NCBI GenBank assembly: GCA_034413595.1
Contig: DAOUMC010000026.1
Location: forward strand, 1,320-65,319
From: Dehalococcoidales bacterium
Lineage (GTDB): Bacteria > Chloroflexota > Dehalococcoidia > Dehalococcoidales > JAUWZL01
Direction: 5' to 3'
DNA length: 64,000 nt
Below, in pieces: positions 36,085-46,873 of this stretch. The notes beneath the pieces are model-generated. The model was not told the DNA's origin and did not search any database. It saw only the letters and a list, made by a program, of their open reading frames with translations. The position numbers were made by a program, and so were the translations under genes. How positions within the stretch are numbered: position 1 is the stretch's first letter; each line of letters opens with the position of its first letter.

Positions 36085-37293
36085 CTAATGGCTCTGTTTT
36101 ATCATCTCCAGAAACCTGTCAAACAGGTAGGTGTTGTCCAGTGGGCCTGGGGAGGCTTCACTGTGGTACTGGATGGCGAAGACCGGTAGTTCTTTGTGGT
36201 GAAGCCCCTCCACCGTGCCGTCGTTCAGGTTTATATGGCTGACCTCCAGGCCGTCTCTTAGCGTGTCCGGGTCAACGGCGTAGCCGTGGTTCTGGGAGGT
36301 GATGTGTACCCTGCCGTCCCCCAGGTCCTTGACCGGGTGGTTGACGCCGCGGTGGCCGAACTTGAGCTTGAAGGTCTTGCCGCCGAAGGCACGGGCGATG
36401 AGCTGGTTGCCCAGGCAGATGCCCATCACTGGCTTCTTGCCGATGAGTCCTTTAACTGTATCCACTATGTAATCCAGCAGCTCGGGGTTGCCCGGGCCTG
36501 GGGAGAGGACAATGCCGTCGGGTTCTAGCTTGAGGATTTCTCTGGCTGGCATGGTGCAGGGGACTGCTGTTACCCGGCAGCCCAGGCGGCTTAGTATTCG
36601 CAGGATATTGTATTTCAGGCCGCAGTCCAGAACAGCTATATTGAAAGCAGGGCTGGTCGCCTCCGACTGCCACTGATAGGACTTGTCGGTTGTCACCTGT
36701 CTGACGAAGTCAATGCTGCTGTAGTCGGGCGCGGCTTTAAGCTCCTCCAGGGCTTGCTGGGGTGTTTTGGTGCTGGTGAGCATGCCCATCATCACCCCGA
36801 CGGAGCGGAGTCTGCGGGTGATTGCCCGGGTATCCACTCCATAGATGCCGGGGATACCGCTCTGGGCAAGATACTCGTGGATGGTCTTTGAGTTCAGGTA
36901 ATGGTTAGGGCTGGGGCATTCCTCCCGGACGACGAAACCCCTGACCTGTATTCTGTTGGATTCAATGTCCTGCTCATTGACGCCGTAGTTGCCGATTAAG
37001 GGATAGGTGGGCACGACAATCTGCCCGGCATAGGACGGGTCGGTAAGCATCTCCTGGTAGCCGGCCATGCTGGTGTTGAAGACTACCTCGCCAAAAGCGT
37101 CGGCCTCGGTGCCGAAGCAGAAGCCCTCGTAGACCGAGCCGTCTTCCAGGACTAGTATTGCCCTTTTGTTATTTATCGCCTTACCCTCTTTTCCTATGTC
37201 ATTGCGAGCGAAGCGAAGCAATCTCAAGAATTGCTCATATAGATTCACACAATTTTTTATTCCTTTTGTTGATACGGGATTGCTTCGTCGCAA
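36085..37293 (-). CDS. carA: Carbamoyl-phosphate synthase small (glutaminase) subunit; start uncertain
   Basis: The conserved core starts at ...KRAILVLEDGSVYEGFCFG (about 37170). Catalytic triad region ...GICLGNQL... and ...QYHSEASPGP. The upstream 43 codons are encoded by a family-B repeat (LRLLRFARNDIG). The only in-frame starts are TTG 37221 and ATG 37293. Confidence 0.9.
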   Translation of the reverse strand: MRRSNPVSTKGIKNCVNLYEQFLRLLRFARNDIGKEGKAINNKRAILVLEDGSVYEGFCFGTEADAFGEVVFNTSMAGYQEMLTDPSYAGQIVVPTYPLIGNYGVNEQDIESNRIQVRGFVVREECPSPNHYLNSKTIHEYLAQSGIPGIYGVDTRAITRRLRSVGVMMGMLTSTKTPQQALEELKAAPDYSSIDFVRQVTTDKSYQWQSEATSPAFNIAVLDCGLKYNILRILSRLGCRVTAVPCTMPAREILKLEPDGIVLSPGPGNPELLDYIVDTVKGLIGKKPVMGICLGNQLIARAFGGKTFKLKFGHRGVNHPVKDLGDGRVHITSQNHGYAVDPDTLRDGLEVSHINLNDGTVEGLHHKELPVFAIQYHSEASPGPLDNTYLFDRFLEMIKQSH

Positions 37294-37310
37294 CCGCTCC
37301 CCGCAATGAC
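37198..37310. repeat. Family-B palindromic repeat
   Basis: GTCATTGCGAGCGAAGCGAAGCAATC (37198-37223) and GATTGCTTCGTCGCAACCGCTCCCCGCAATGAC (37278-37310) are inverse complements. It generates the spurious + strand ORFs 37158..37346 and 37306..37647. Confidence 0.85.
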
Positions 37311-37386
37311 AGCAAAGAATCCTCTCTCCCTTTTAACTGGTTTTGATAGGATGGAGTCTATCAAAAAGCAGCGTGTAACTCGGTAT

Positions 37387-38705
37387 TCACTTCTTCTCAA
37401 TTCTAACCGAATCATCCTTATAGACTATCCTCCCCCGATATATGGTCGCCATTACCTTGCCCGTGAGCTTCTGGCCGTCAAGCGGGGTGTTCCTGCCCTT
37501 GGAGACGAACTTGCTGGCATCCGCCGTCCATTCCAGCTCCGGGTCAAAGATGGTGACATCGGCGGGAGCGCCGACTGCAAGAGTGCCCAGGCTGCCGTAC
37601 TTATCCCCGATAATCCTGGCTGGCTCACTGGTGAGCTTGGCGATTAGCAGAGCCAGTTCTAACTTCCCACTGTGCACCAGGCCTGTCAGGCTGCCCAAAG
37701 CCGTCTCAAAGCCGCTGATGCCGAAGGGAGCCAGGGCAAACTCGCACAGCTTGTCATTCTCGGTGTGGGGGGCGTGGTCGGTGACGATGACATCAATAAC
37801 TCCCTCCTTCAATCCCTGAACCAGGGCTTTGACATCCTCTTTAGTCCTCAGGGGCGGGTTTACCTTGGCGTTGGTGTCATAGCCCAGCACTTTCTCTTCG
37901 GTCAGGGTCAGGTGGTGGGGGGTCACCTCGCAGGTAACTCTGACGCCTTTCTCTTTGGCCCGGCGAATAAGCTCGACCGAGCCCCCGGTAGAGACGTGGG
38001 CGACGTGCAGACGGGCGCCGGTAAGCTGTGCCAGGGCCAGGTCGCGGGCTACCATGTTCTCCTCGGCGACCGACGGTATCCCGCAGAGCCCCAGTCTGGT
38101 GGCGATAATGCCCTCGTTCATCTGCCCGCCATCGGAAAGGATGGTGTCCTCGCAATGGTCAATGACGGGTAGCCCAAAGGCCAGGCTGTACTCCATTGCC
38201 TGGCGCATCAGACGAGAGCTTGAGACTGGTTTGCCGTCGTCACTGAAGGCGGCCGCTCCGGCTTTTGTCAGTTCCGCCATTTCCGCCAGCTCTTTGCCCT
38301 CTCTGCCTTTGGATATGCAGCCGATGACTAGGACGCGGACGGCCCCTTCGCTGGCGGCGGTAGACTTTACATAATCTATGGCTGCCTGATTGTCCAGAGG
38401 GGGGTTGGTGTTGGGCATACAGCAGATGGTGGTAAAGCCCCCTTTGGCCGCCGCCTGGCTGCCGCTGGCGATGGTCTCCTTTTCTTCAAAGCCGGGCTGC
38501 CTCAGGTGGCAGTGGAGGTCGATAAAGCCGGGGCAGACGATGAGCCCACCGGCGTCAAGAACGTCAAAGTCTGAAGAGGGCAGACTCTCGTTTTCATCAT
38601 CCAGCCGGGAGATTTTGCCCTCGGATATGAGCAGATTACCAGCCCTGTCTATCTTCCGGCTGGGGTCAACTATGTGACCGCCTCGGATGAGTAAAGGCCT
38701 GTTCA

Positions 38706-38709
<4 letters not shown>
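37387..38709 (-). CDS. pyrC: Dihydroorotase
   Basis: ...[14 protein letters not shown]... metal-binding HxH and ...VTDHAPH... Confidence 0.93.
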
Positions 38710-40342
<1,633 letters not shown>

Positions 40343-40356
40343 TTATTCTTTTTAAA

Positions 40357-40385
40357 ATTATATCACCTTGAAATGGCGATTGCAA
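40357..40385 (-). promoter_or_regulatory. Sigma-70-like promoter TTGCAA-17-TATAAT for the pyr operon
   Basis: Minus-strand hexamers at 40385-40380 and 40362-40357, with a 17-nt spacer. Confidence 0.55.
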
Positions 40386-40464
40386 CACAAACGGACTGAA
40401 TAAGGATAAATTCTGAATAATTTTTAGACCTTAGAGACCGCCTCTGTTATAATTAATATAATAA

Positions 40465-42630
40465 ATGGACATCCTTTCCCAGCTTAACCCGGCACAGAAA
40501 GAGGCCGTAGAGAGCATCACCGGGCCGGTGCTGATTCTGGCCGGCCCTGGTAGCGGCAAGACCCGGGTGATTACCCACCGCGTTGCCTACCTGATAAAGG
40601 TCTGCGGCGTAAGCCCCAGGCGCATTATGGCGGTTACCTTTACCAATAAAGCCGCCCGGGAGATGGAGGAGAGGCTCAACCATCTGGTCAGCGGCCAGGT
40701 AAAGGAGCTGACCCTGGGTACCTTTCATGCCATCTGTGCCCGCATCCTGCGTCGGGAGGGCAGGGCCATCGATGTTGACCCCCGTTTTATCATCTACGAC
40801 CAGGATGACCAGCTCAGCCTGGTAAAGCGGGCGATGCAGGCGGCCGGGATTGACCCCAAGCAGTATGCCCCGCAGGCTATACTCTCGGCCATAAGCGCCG
40901 CCAAGAGCCGGATGCTGACGCCCGGAGACTACCTTGAACACACCTCCAGCCAGTTTGAGAGAGTGGTGGGGCAGGTCTATGAGCAATACCAGAGATTGCT
41001 CAAGCAGAGCAACGCCCTTGATTTCGACGACCTGTTGATGAAGGCGGTAGAGCTGTTCATCGGCCAGCCCGAGGTCTTGGCACGATACCAGCAGAGGTAT
41101 CTCCACATTATGGTCGACGAATTCCAGGACACCAATCTGGTTCAGTATCAGCTGGTAAAGCTCCTTTCGGACAGGTACCGCAACATCTGCGTCGTCGGTG
41201 ACCCGGACCAGTCAATCTACTCCTGGCGCTCGGCGGATTTACGCAACATTCTCAGCTTTGAGAAGGACTACCCCGAGACCAGGGTGGTACTTCTGGAGCA
41301 GAACTACCGCTCAACGAAAACCATTCTGGAAACGGCATCGGGTATAATCTCGGCCAACCAGCAGAGAAAGCCGACCAGGCTGTGGACGGATAACGATGCC
41401 GGAGAGCTGGTAACCCTTGCCGAGACCTATAACGAGCAGGAAGAAGCCCAGTTCGTTGTCAGCCAGGTAGAACACCTGACGGAGCAGGGCGAGGCCCGCT
41501 TGGGAGACTGTGCCGTGATGTACCGTACCAACGCCCAGTCAAGAGCCCTTGAGGAGACTCTTATCCGCTATGGGATGCCCTACAAGCTGGTGGCCGGCAC
41601 CCGCTTCTATGAGCGGCGGGAAGTAAAAGACATCATCGCCTACCTCAGGCTAGTTCAGAATCCCGGTGACAGCGTCAGCCTGCTCCGGATAATCAATATT
41701 CCCCAGAGGGGTATCGGTGAGCGTAGCGTAGGCCAACTGGAAGCCTGGGCCAAATCTCTGGGGCTATCCCAGTATCAGGCGTTGCGGCTACTGACTTCGG
41801 AGGAGGAAAAACCACCGTTCAATCCCCGCACTATAAAGATGCTTAAAGTCTTCTTAGGCATAATGGAGGAACTTATCACCCGGAGCCAGGAGCTAAGACT
41901 GGTTGACCTTTTTAACCTGGTGATAAGTAAGACCGGCTATAAGGAGTATATCTTGAATACTCCTGACGGCGATGAACGCTGGGAGAATGTCCTTGAGCTG
42001 GGCACCGTCGCCCGCCAATACCAGGATTTGGCTCCCGGGGAAGGGCTGACCGCCTTCCTTGAGGGAGTTACCCTGGTCTCTGATGTTGACGGCCTTGACG
42101 AGACGGTGGATGCGGTGACCCTCATCACCCTGCACCAGGCCAAGGGTCTGGAATTCCCGGTGGTCTTTATTGTCGGCCTGGAAGAGGGCATACTGCCCCA
42201 TTTCAAGTCATTTGATGACCCGGGGCAGATGGAAGAGGAGAGGCGTCTTTGCTATGTCGGTGTTACCCGGGCCAAACACAGGGTCTACCTGGTTCACGCC
42301 CGTCACCGCAGCCGGATGGGTGGCAGCACCCCGAGCCAGCCATCGCGTTTTCTAGATGACGTTCCCCCTCACCTTGTTGCCAGCACCGACCTGTGGCGGG
42401 GTGAAGAGAGCCAGCTGGCCAGTGCCTATTCCTGGGATAATGCCGCTCCCTTTACCGTTGACCTTCCTGAGCTGAAGGCCGGCGACCAGGTCCGACACAG
42501 CCAGTTTGGCCGGGGAGTGGTGGTTAGCTGCCGGCCAACAAGGAACGACAGTGAAGTGGTCGTCGCCTTTCCTGTGGCAGGGGTGAAGAAGCTGCTTCTG
42601 AGCTTTGCCCGGCTGGAGAAGGTGGACTAG
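40465..42630 (+). CDS. pcrA: ATP-dependent DNA helicase PcrA/UvrD
   Basis: LNPAQKEAV...ILAGPGSGKTRV (motif I), ...VDEFQDTN... (II), ...GDPDQSIYSWR... and ...TLHQAKGLEF... Confidence 0.93.
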   Translation: MDILSQLNPAQKEAVESITGPVLILAGPGSGKTRVITHRVAYLIKVCGVSPRRIMAVTFTNKAAREMEERLNHLVSGQVKELTLGTFHAICARILRREGRAIDVDPRFIIYDQDDQLSLVKRAMQAAGIDPKQYAPQAILSAISAAKSRMLTPGDYLEHTSSQFERVVGQVYEQYQRLLKQSNALDFDDLLMKAVELFIGQPEVLARYQQRYLHIMVDEFQDTNLVQYQLVKLLSDRYRNICVVGDPDQSIYSWRSADLRNILSFEKDYPETRVVLLEQNYRSTKTILETASGIISANQQRKPTRLWTDNDAGELVTLAETYNEQEEAQFVVSQVEHLTEQGEARLGDCAVMYRTNAQSRALEETLIRYGMPYKLVAGTRFYERREVKDIIAYLRLVQNPGDSVSLLRIINIPQRGIGERSVGQLEAWAKSLGLSQYQALRLLTSEEEKPPFNPRTIKMLKVFLGIMEELITRSQELRLVDLFNLVISKTGYKEYILNTPDGDERWENVLELGTVARQYQDLAPGEGLTAFLEGVTLVSDVDGLDETVDAVTLITLHQAKGLEFPVVFIVGLEEGILPHFKSFDDPGQMEEERRLCYVGVTRAKHRVYLVHARHRSRMGGSTPSQPSRFLDDVPPHLVASTDLWRGEESQLASAYSWDNAAPFTVDLPELKAGDQVRHSQFGRGVVVSCRPTRNDSEVVVAFPVAGVKKLLLSFARLEKVD

Positions 42631-42647
42631 ACCCGCGCAAGAAAGCT

Positions 42648-43091
42648 CTACAGTCTCGGTTTTTCAATTAGCTCCCACCTGACCATGCCGTCTTCTACAA
42701 GCTGGCGGATTTTCCTCTCCTGGGGTGTCAGCTGGCAGTTTTTGCCCGTTTTAATCTCCATGATGACAATCTCCCGGGGGTCGCCCTCGGCCAGCCCGGG
42801 GAAGACGACCAGGTCTACCGGGCTGCCTATGAAGCGGGCCTCTGTCGGGTCATACTTGAAATCGGGCAGGTATGGGGCTAACTGCTCAACAAACTTTCCA
42901 CCCAGCACCGCCCGGCTCTGGCTCACGGCTGCCTGACGTATCCTTCCCCTTTCCTGTTCCAGAGTCTCAAGCTCTATCTTAAGCCAGTTTCGGAACCTGA
43001 TTTCCATCCGCCACCTGATAACAAGGTAAGAAAATAAAACCAGGAGAAGGGCGCCAGCCGTTATGACGGCAATCAATAGCCCGGTGTCCAT
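42648..43091 (-). CDS. Membrane-anchored Holliday-junction-resolvase-related endonuclease-like protein
   Basis: N-terminal TM helix, a coiled segment, then ...DPTEARFIGSPVDLVVFPG......IVIMEIKTGKNCQLTPQERKIRQLVEDG, a PD-(D/E)xK-like D...E-x-K core as in the 'endonuclease related to archaeal HJ resolvase' family. Confidence 0.6.
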   Translation of the reverse strand: MDTGLLIAVITAGALLLVLFSYLVIRWRMEIRFRNWLKIELETLEQERGRIRQAAVSQSRAVLGGKFVEQLAPYLPDFKYDPTEARFIGSPVDLVVFPGLAEGDPREIVIMEIKTGKNCQLTPQERKIRQLVEDGMVRWELIEKPRL

Positions 43092-43109
43092 TACATCAAA
43101 CCTCCCTGT

Positions 43110-43592
43110 CTACCAGAACCTTCCGTCTGCCCTCTTATTATAGACATCGCCCGATATGTCGGAAAGCCATCCTTCTCGTTCCGTCTTTCGTACATCAAAA
43201 TCAGTGACATAGGGTTTTATGTCCAGCAGGGGAGTCCCATCCAGGATATCTACATCCTCAACGTGGACCAGACAATCTTCAACCCTGACTAAACGAACTA
43301 CAGAAACGCCGATGGCATTGGGACGTCCGGGCATTCTGGTAGCGAATATCCCGTGCGGCTTGTCATCCATATAAGGTTGTACTTCTAGTGAATACCCTTT
43401 AGCTAGATGAAAATGGTATAGCAAGATTATATGTGAGAAGCCGGCGACATCTCTAAGCCCGGCACAGTACTGGGGTAGTATCTCCAGAGTTCCAGCCACG
43501 CCTTTAGCCCCGGCTGATTGTATCGGCATGCCTCTGGCTTCCTTGAATGGGGAATGGATAACTCCTATAGGTTTGTATTTAATTTCCCTCAT
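43110..43592 (-). CDS. trmO: tRNA (t6A37-N6)-methyltransferase TrmO/TsaA (YaeB family)
   Basis: MREIKYKPIGVIHSPFKE..G.PIQ..., ...FSHIILLYHFH... and ...GIFATR.P.RPN.IG are YaeB motifs. The start at 43592 avoids overlap with pyrE. Confidence 0.85.
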   Translation of the reverse strand: MREIKYKPIGVIHSPFKEARGMPIQSAGAKGVAGTLEILPQYCAGLRDVAGFSHIILLYHFHLAKGYSLEVQPYMDDKPHGIFATRMPGRPNAIGVSVVRLVRVEDCLVHVEDVDILDGTPLLDIKPYVTDFDVRKTEREGWLSDISGDVYNKRADGRFW

Positions 43593-43623
43593 GTTCTTTA
43601 CTGCCGATACCGTCTGGTGGCTT

Positions 43624-44184
43624 CTAGCTGCCGCCGGGCTTAACCAGCGGGATACCAGCGGCACACAGGGGGCAGTCCTGCGGTCTGTAGGACGGTGTCA
43701 CCGAGCGAAGGCAGCTGAACAGGGGAACGCCGAAGTTGTGTTCTTTTTCCGAGCGGTCAACCAGCACACCGATGCCAATCGCTTTACCACCCTGTTCGGC
43801 AATCAGGGTCAAGACCTCCCGGATAGACTTGCCGGTGGTGAGGACATCATCCACCACCAGAACTTGCTCACCAGAAATCAGGCCAAAGCCGCGCTTAAAA
43901 GCCCGCCGCTCGGTTCCCTCCTTCTCGGCGAATACGCCCCGGACGCCGAGCTGCTTGGCGACCTCATAGGCCAGAATGATGCCACCGGTAGTCGGCCCGG
44001 CCACAACGTCTGCTTTATCCTTGGCGAAGTGGGCGCTGATTAAACGGCAGAGCTGCTCGGTGTAGTTCGGGAACTGAAGAACGAGAAACTTCTCCCAGTA
44101 GACCGGAGAGTGGAGCCCCGAGGTGAGCAGGAAGTGCCCACTGAGTATTGCCCCGGATTTTTTAAAGATTTCCTCTGGAGTCAT
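43624..44184 (-). CDS. pyrE: Orotate phosphoribosyltransferase
   Basis: ...GHFLLTSGLHS... and the PRPP motif VLVVDDVLTTGKS. The MTPEE start at 44184 avoids overlap with lepB. Confidence 0.9.
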   Translation of the reverse strand: MTPEEIFKKSGAILSGHFLLTSGLHSPVYWEKFLVLQFPNYTEQLCRLISAHFAKDKADVVAGPTTGGIILAYEVAKQLGVRGVFAEKEGTERRAFKRGFGLISGEQVLVVDDVLTTGKSIREVLTLIAEQGGKAIGIGVLVDRSEKEHNFGVPLFSCLRSVTPSYRPQDCPLCAAGIPLVKPGGS

Positions 44185-44194
44185 CGGCGGCTTC

Positions 44195-44731
44195 CTATGG
44201 CAGTGAGTAGTTGGGCGCCAGCCCAAAATCGGCCGGTGGCCAGATTGATAGCCAGGCCTTGCCGATGATGTCCTGGCGAGGCACCGTCCAGCCCCAGCGA
44301 GAATCCAGGCTGATATTGCGGTTATCACCCAGGACAAAGTAGTTGTCCGGCGGTATTATGTCGCTCAGGTAATAGTCCTTGTCTGGCTCAGAGATGTATT
44401 CATGCTCATCCAGAGTCAAAATGTTGCCATCCGGTTGATGGATGTAGACTTTTCCATCTTTTAATTCCACAATCTCACCCGGCAGACCGATGACGCGCTT
44501 GATGTAGTCCTCGGCCGGGTTGTAGGGGTTGGGGAAAATAATGATGTCGCCTCTTTCAGGGACGTGAAAGTTATAGACGACCTTATTAATTATCAGTCTT
44601 TGCCCTTGATGCAGATTGGGCTCCATACTGGTGCCGTTTACCACAGAGGGCGGGACCGTGGCCTGAATGACGAAAAAGATGGTTACCGCCAGTAGCAACG
44701 TTACCAGAACTTCACGCAGAAAACTCTTCAA
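44195..44731 (-). CDS. lepB: Signal peptidase I
   Basis: N-terminal TM, catalytic ...NGTSMEPNL... (Ser) and ...YIKRVIGLPGE... (Lys), ...VLGDNR..S.DSR... Confidence 0.92.
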   Translation of the reverse strand: MKSFLREVLVTLLLAVTIFFVIQATVPPSVVNGTSMEPNLHQGQRLIINKVVYNFHVPERGDIIIFPNPYNPAEDYIKRVIGLPGEIVELKDGKVYIHQPDGNILTLDEHEYISEPDKDYYLSDIIPPDNYFVLGDNRNISLDSRWGWTVPRQDIIGKAWLSIWPPADFGLAPNYSLP

Positions 44732-44820
44732 TCGATTTTAGCCTTCCTAGCTTTAGTTCTATTATACCCTTTCTGTTCCGTTCTTGCCACAAGCACATTA
44801 GGCTGACTTTTTGGCAAGTA

Positions 44821-44849
44821 TCTATTCAGGATGTATAATATTAAACTAA
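44821..44849 (+). promoter_or_regulatory. Sigma-70-like promoter TTGGCA-17-TATAAT upstream of the SIMPL gene
   Basis: Hexamers and spacer read directly. GGAGGTAAGGA RBS before ATG 44916. Confidence 0.45.
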
Positions 44850-44915
44850 CTAGAATAAGTCTTTGGCGTTATCTATATTATTAGAACGAACGAGGGCAAG
44901 GAACGGAGGTAAGGA

Positions 44916-45668
44916 ATGAAAAAAGTTTTACTACTGGCGGCGAGTGCGCTGGCTATCGGGGTTGTGGCCATCGGAGCACTGGGGTGCAGTGACTATTTTG
45001 GCTCGAATGGGGGAACACCGGCCGCAGCGGCCAACGCAAGCTCTAACCAGCAGAACACCGGAATCTGGGTGACCGGCGTGGGCAAGCTCAGAGTTTCCCC
45101 TGATATCGCCCTGCTCAGTCTGGGCGTAGAGGCTCAGGCTGCCACGGTAGCCGAAACCCAGCAGGAGGCTGCTCAGGCCATGGATGCGGTAGTAAGTGCA
45201 CTAACCAGCTCGGGTATTGCCCAGGCTGATATTCAGACCCAGCTTTTTGGCATTCAGCCGGTGCGCAGCACTGATAAGGATAGCGGGCAGGAAGTCCTCA
45301 TCGGCTACCGGGCGACCAACATGGTCAGTGTTAAGATCAGAAATATAGAGAATGCTGGCAGCGTCATCGACGCCGCTGTTGCCGCCGGTGGCGACAATGC
45401 CAGAGTAAACAGCATCAGCTTCACTCTGGATAACCCGGAGGCTTACAACGAGCAACTGCGGAAAGAAGCCATGGATGATGCCAAGGCCAAGGCAAAACAG
45501 CTGGCTGACTTGGGCGGGGTAAAGCTGGGCAAGCCGACCTATATCGCTGAGAGCAGTTATATCCCGCCGGTCTATCGCGCTGAGGCCCCCGCTGCACCGA
45601 CAACCCCCATCAGTCCGGGGGAATTGGAAATCCAGCTTACCGTCCAGGTGATCTACAGCATAGGTTAG
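44916..45668 (+). CDS. SIMPL/DUF541 domain lipoprotein
   Basis: Signal peptide with lipobox ALGC. ...V.GVGK..V.PD.A.L.LGVE... and ...GY.A.N.V.V... are typical of SIMPL (26-kDa periplasmic antigen) proteins. Confidence 0.8.
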   Translation: MKKVLLLAASALAIGVVAIGALGCSDYFGSNGGTPAAAANASSNQQNTGIWVTGVGKLRVSPDIALLSLGVEAQAATVAETQQEAAQAMDAVVSALTSSGIAQADIQTQLFGIQPVRSTDKDSGQEVLIGYRATNMVSVKIRNIENAGSVIDAAVAAGGDNARVNSISFTLDNPEAYNEQLRKEAMDDAKAKAKQLADLGGVKLGKPTYIAESSYIPPVYRAEAPAAPTTPISPGELEIQLTVQVIYSIG

Positions 45669-45690
45669 CCATCACGAGGGGTTGAATGTA

Positions 45691-45732
45691 ACCAGGAGAG
45701 CCGGTTTAAGGTCCAGCTCTCCTGGTGTTTTC
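45691..45732 (+). terminator. Intrinsic terminator after the SIMPL gene
   Basis: ACCAGGAGAGC (45691-45701) / GCTCTCCTGGT (45716-45726), an 11-bp perfect stem followed by GTTTTC. Confidence 0.6.
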
Positions 45733-45775
45733 AGCCAATTTGCACTTTCTAAAAAGAGGATGCTAGAATTATGGC

Positions 45776-46870
45776 ATGGACTACATGGAGCAGGTGCTGT
45801 CTCTGGCCAGACTGGCCCTGGGACAGGTAAGCCCTAATCCGGCGGTGGGAGCGGTGGTGGTCAAAGATGATGTGGTCGTGGGGCAGGGTTATACTCAGCC
45901 GCCGGGCTCAAGCCATGCCGAGGTGGTAGCCCTGGAGCAGGCGGGCAAAAAAGCCAGAGGTGGCGCTATGTATGTCTCTCTGGAGCCCTGCTGTCACTAT
46001 GGCCAGACTCCACCCTGCACCCGGGCGATTATTGCCGCCGGTATCGGCGAGGTCCATATGGCGATGATTGACCCAAACCCTCTGGTCTCCGGGCATGGCA
46101 GGGAAGAGCTTGAGACAAAGGGTATCAAGACCGTTGTTGGTGAGTATGAACAGGAAGCCAGGGATATCAATGAAGCCTATATCAAATTCATCACCACCGG
46201 CATGCCCTTTGTCACCGTGAAGTTTGCCATGAGTCTGGACGGAAAGATAGCCACTTCAAGCGGTAACTCCAAGTGGATTAGCAGTGATGAAGCCAGACAA
46301 TATTCCCACACCCTGCGCTGTGCCAGTGATGCCATTATGGCTGGGGCTAACACGGTGCTGATTGATGACCCCCACCTGACCACCAGGTGTGGTAGCGGAC
46401 GGGGTGGGACTACGCGGAAACAGCCTCTCAGGGTGATTGTGGATGGCAAGGGGCGTACTCCGCTTACCGCCAGAATGTTCGGCGAACCGGGGAAGACGCT
46501 GGTAGCGCTGGGGCGGCCGGCTGGACCCGGTGAGACGGATGCCTTTGCCCGGGCTGGTGCCGAACTGCTGGAAGTGCCGGCGGCCGGGGGCATTATAGAC
46601 CTGGGAAAGCTGCTAAAGGCACTGGCCGGTCGAAAGATTACCAGCGTCTTGGTCGAGGGGGGTGGTATACTCTTTGGTTCCCTCTTTGACTCCGGTCTGG
46701 TGGACAAGGTGGTAGCCTTTATCGCTCCCGTTATCATCGGCGGGGAGAAGGCAAAAACGGCCGTGGCTGGCAGGGGTGTGGGTAAAGTGGTAGACTCCCT
46801 TAAGCTAGAGCGGGTTAATGTGCTCAGGTTGGGGCGAGATGTAATGGTCAGCGGCTATGTCAGAGGCTAG
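45776..46870 (+). CDS. ribD: Bifunctional riboflavin deaminase/reductase
   Basis: ...SPNPAVGAVVV..., HAEV zinc motif, ...LEPCCHYGQTPPC..., and a C-terminal reductase domain. Confidence 0.93.
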   Translation: MDYMEQVLSLARLALGQVSPNPAVGAVVVKDDVVVGQGYTQPPGSSHAEVVALEQAGKKARGGAMYVSLEPCCHYGQTPPCTRAIIAAGIGEVHMAMIDPNPLVSGHGREELETKGIKTVVGEYEQEARDINEAYIKFITTGMPFVTVKFAMSLDGKIATSSGNSKWISSDEARQYSHTLRCASDAIMAGANTVLIDDPHLTTRCGSGRGGTTRKQPLRVIVDGKGRTPLTARMFGEPGKTLVALGRPAGPGETDAFARAGAELLEVPAAGGIIDLGKLLKALAGRKITSVLVEGGGILFGSLFDSGLVDKVVAFIAPVIIGGEKAKTAVAGRGVGKVVDSLKLERVNVLRLGRDVMVSGYVRG

Positions 46871-46873
46871 GCG

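Noticed and set aside
37158-37647. + strand ORFs 37158..37346 and 37306..37647
   Set aside because: The first is read through the family-B repeat (CHCERSEAIS...). The second is antisense to the pyrC 3' end. Neither has support.
40453-41106. 217-aa minus-strand ORF overlapping the pcrA 5' region
   Set aside because: It is antisense to pcrA helicase motifs I-II and has no family resemblance.
45669-45775. Looked for an FMN (RFN) riboswitch upstream of ribD
   Set aside because: The gap holds only a terminator hairpin and a promoter-like TTGCAC-18-TAGAAT. There is no room for, and no trace of, the conserved RFN core.
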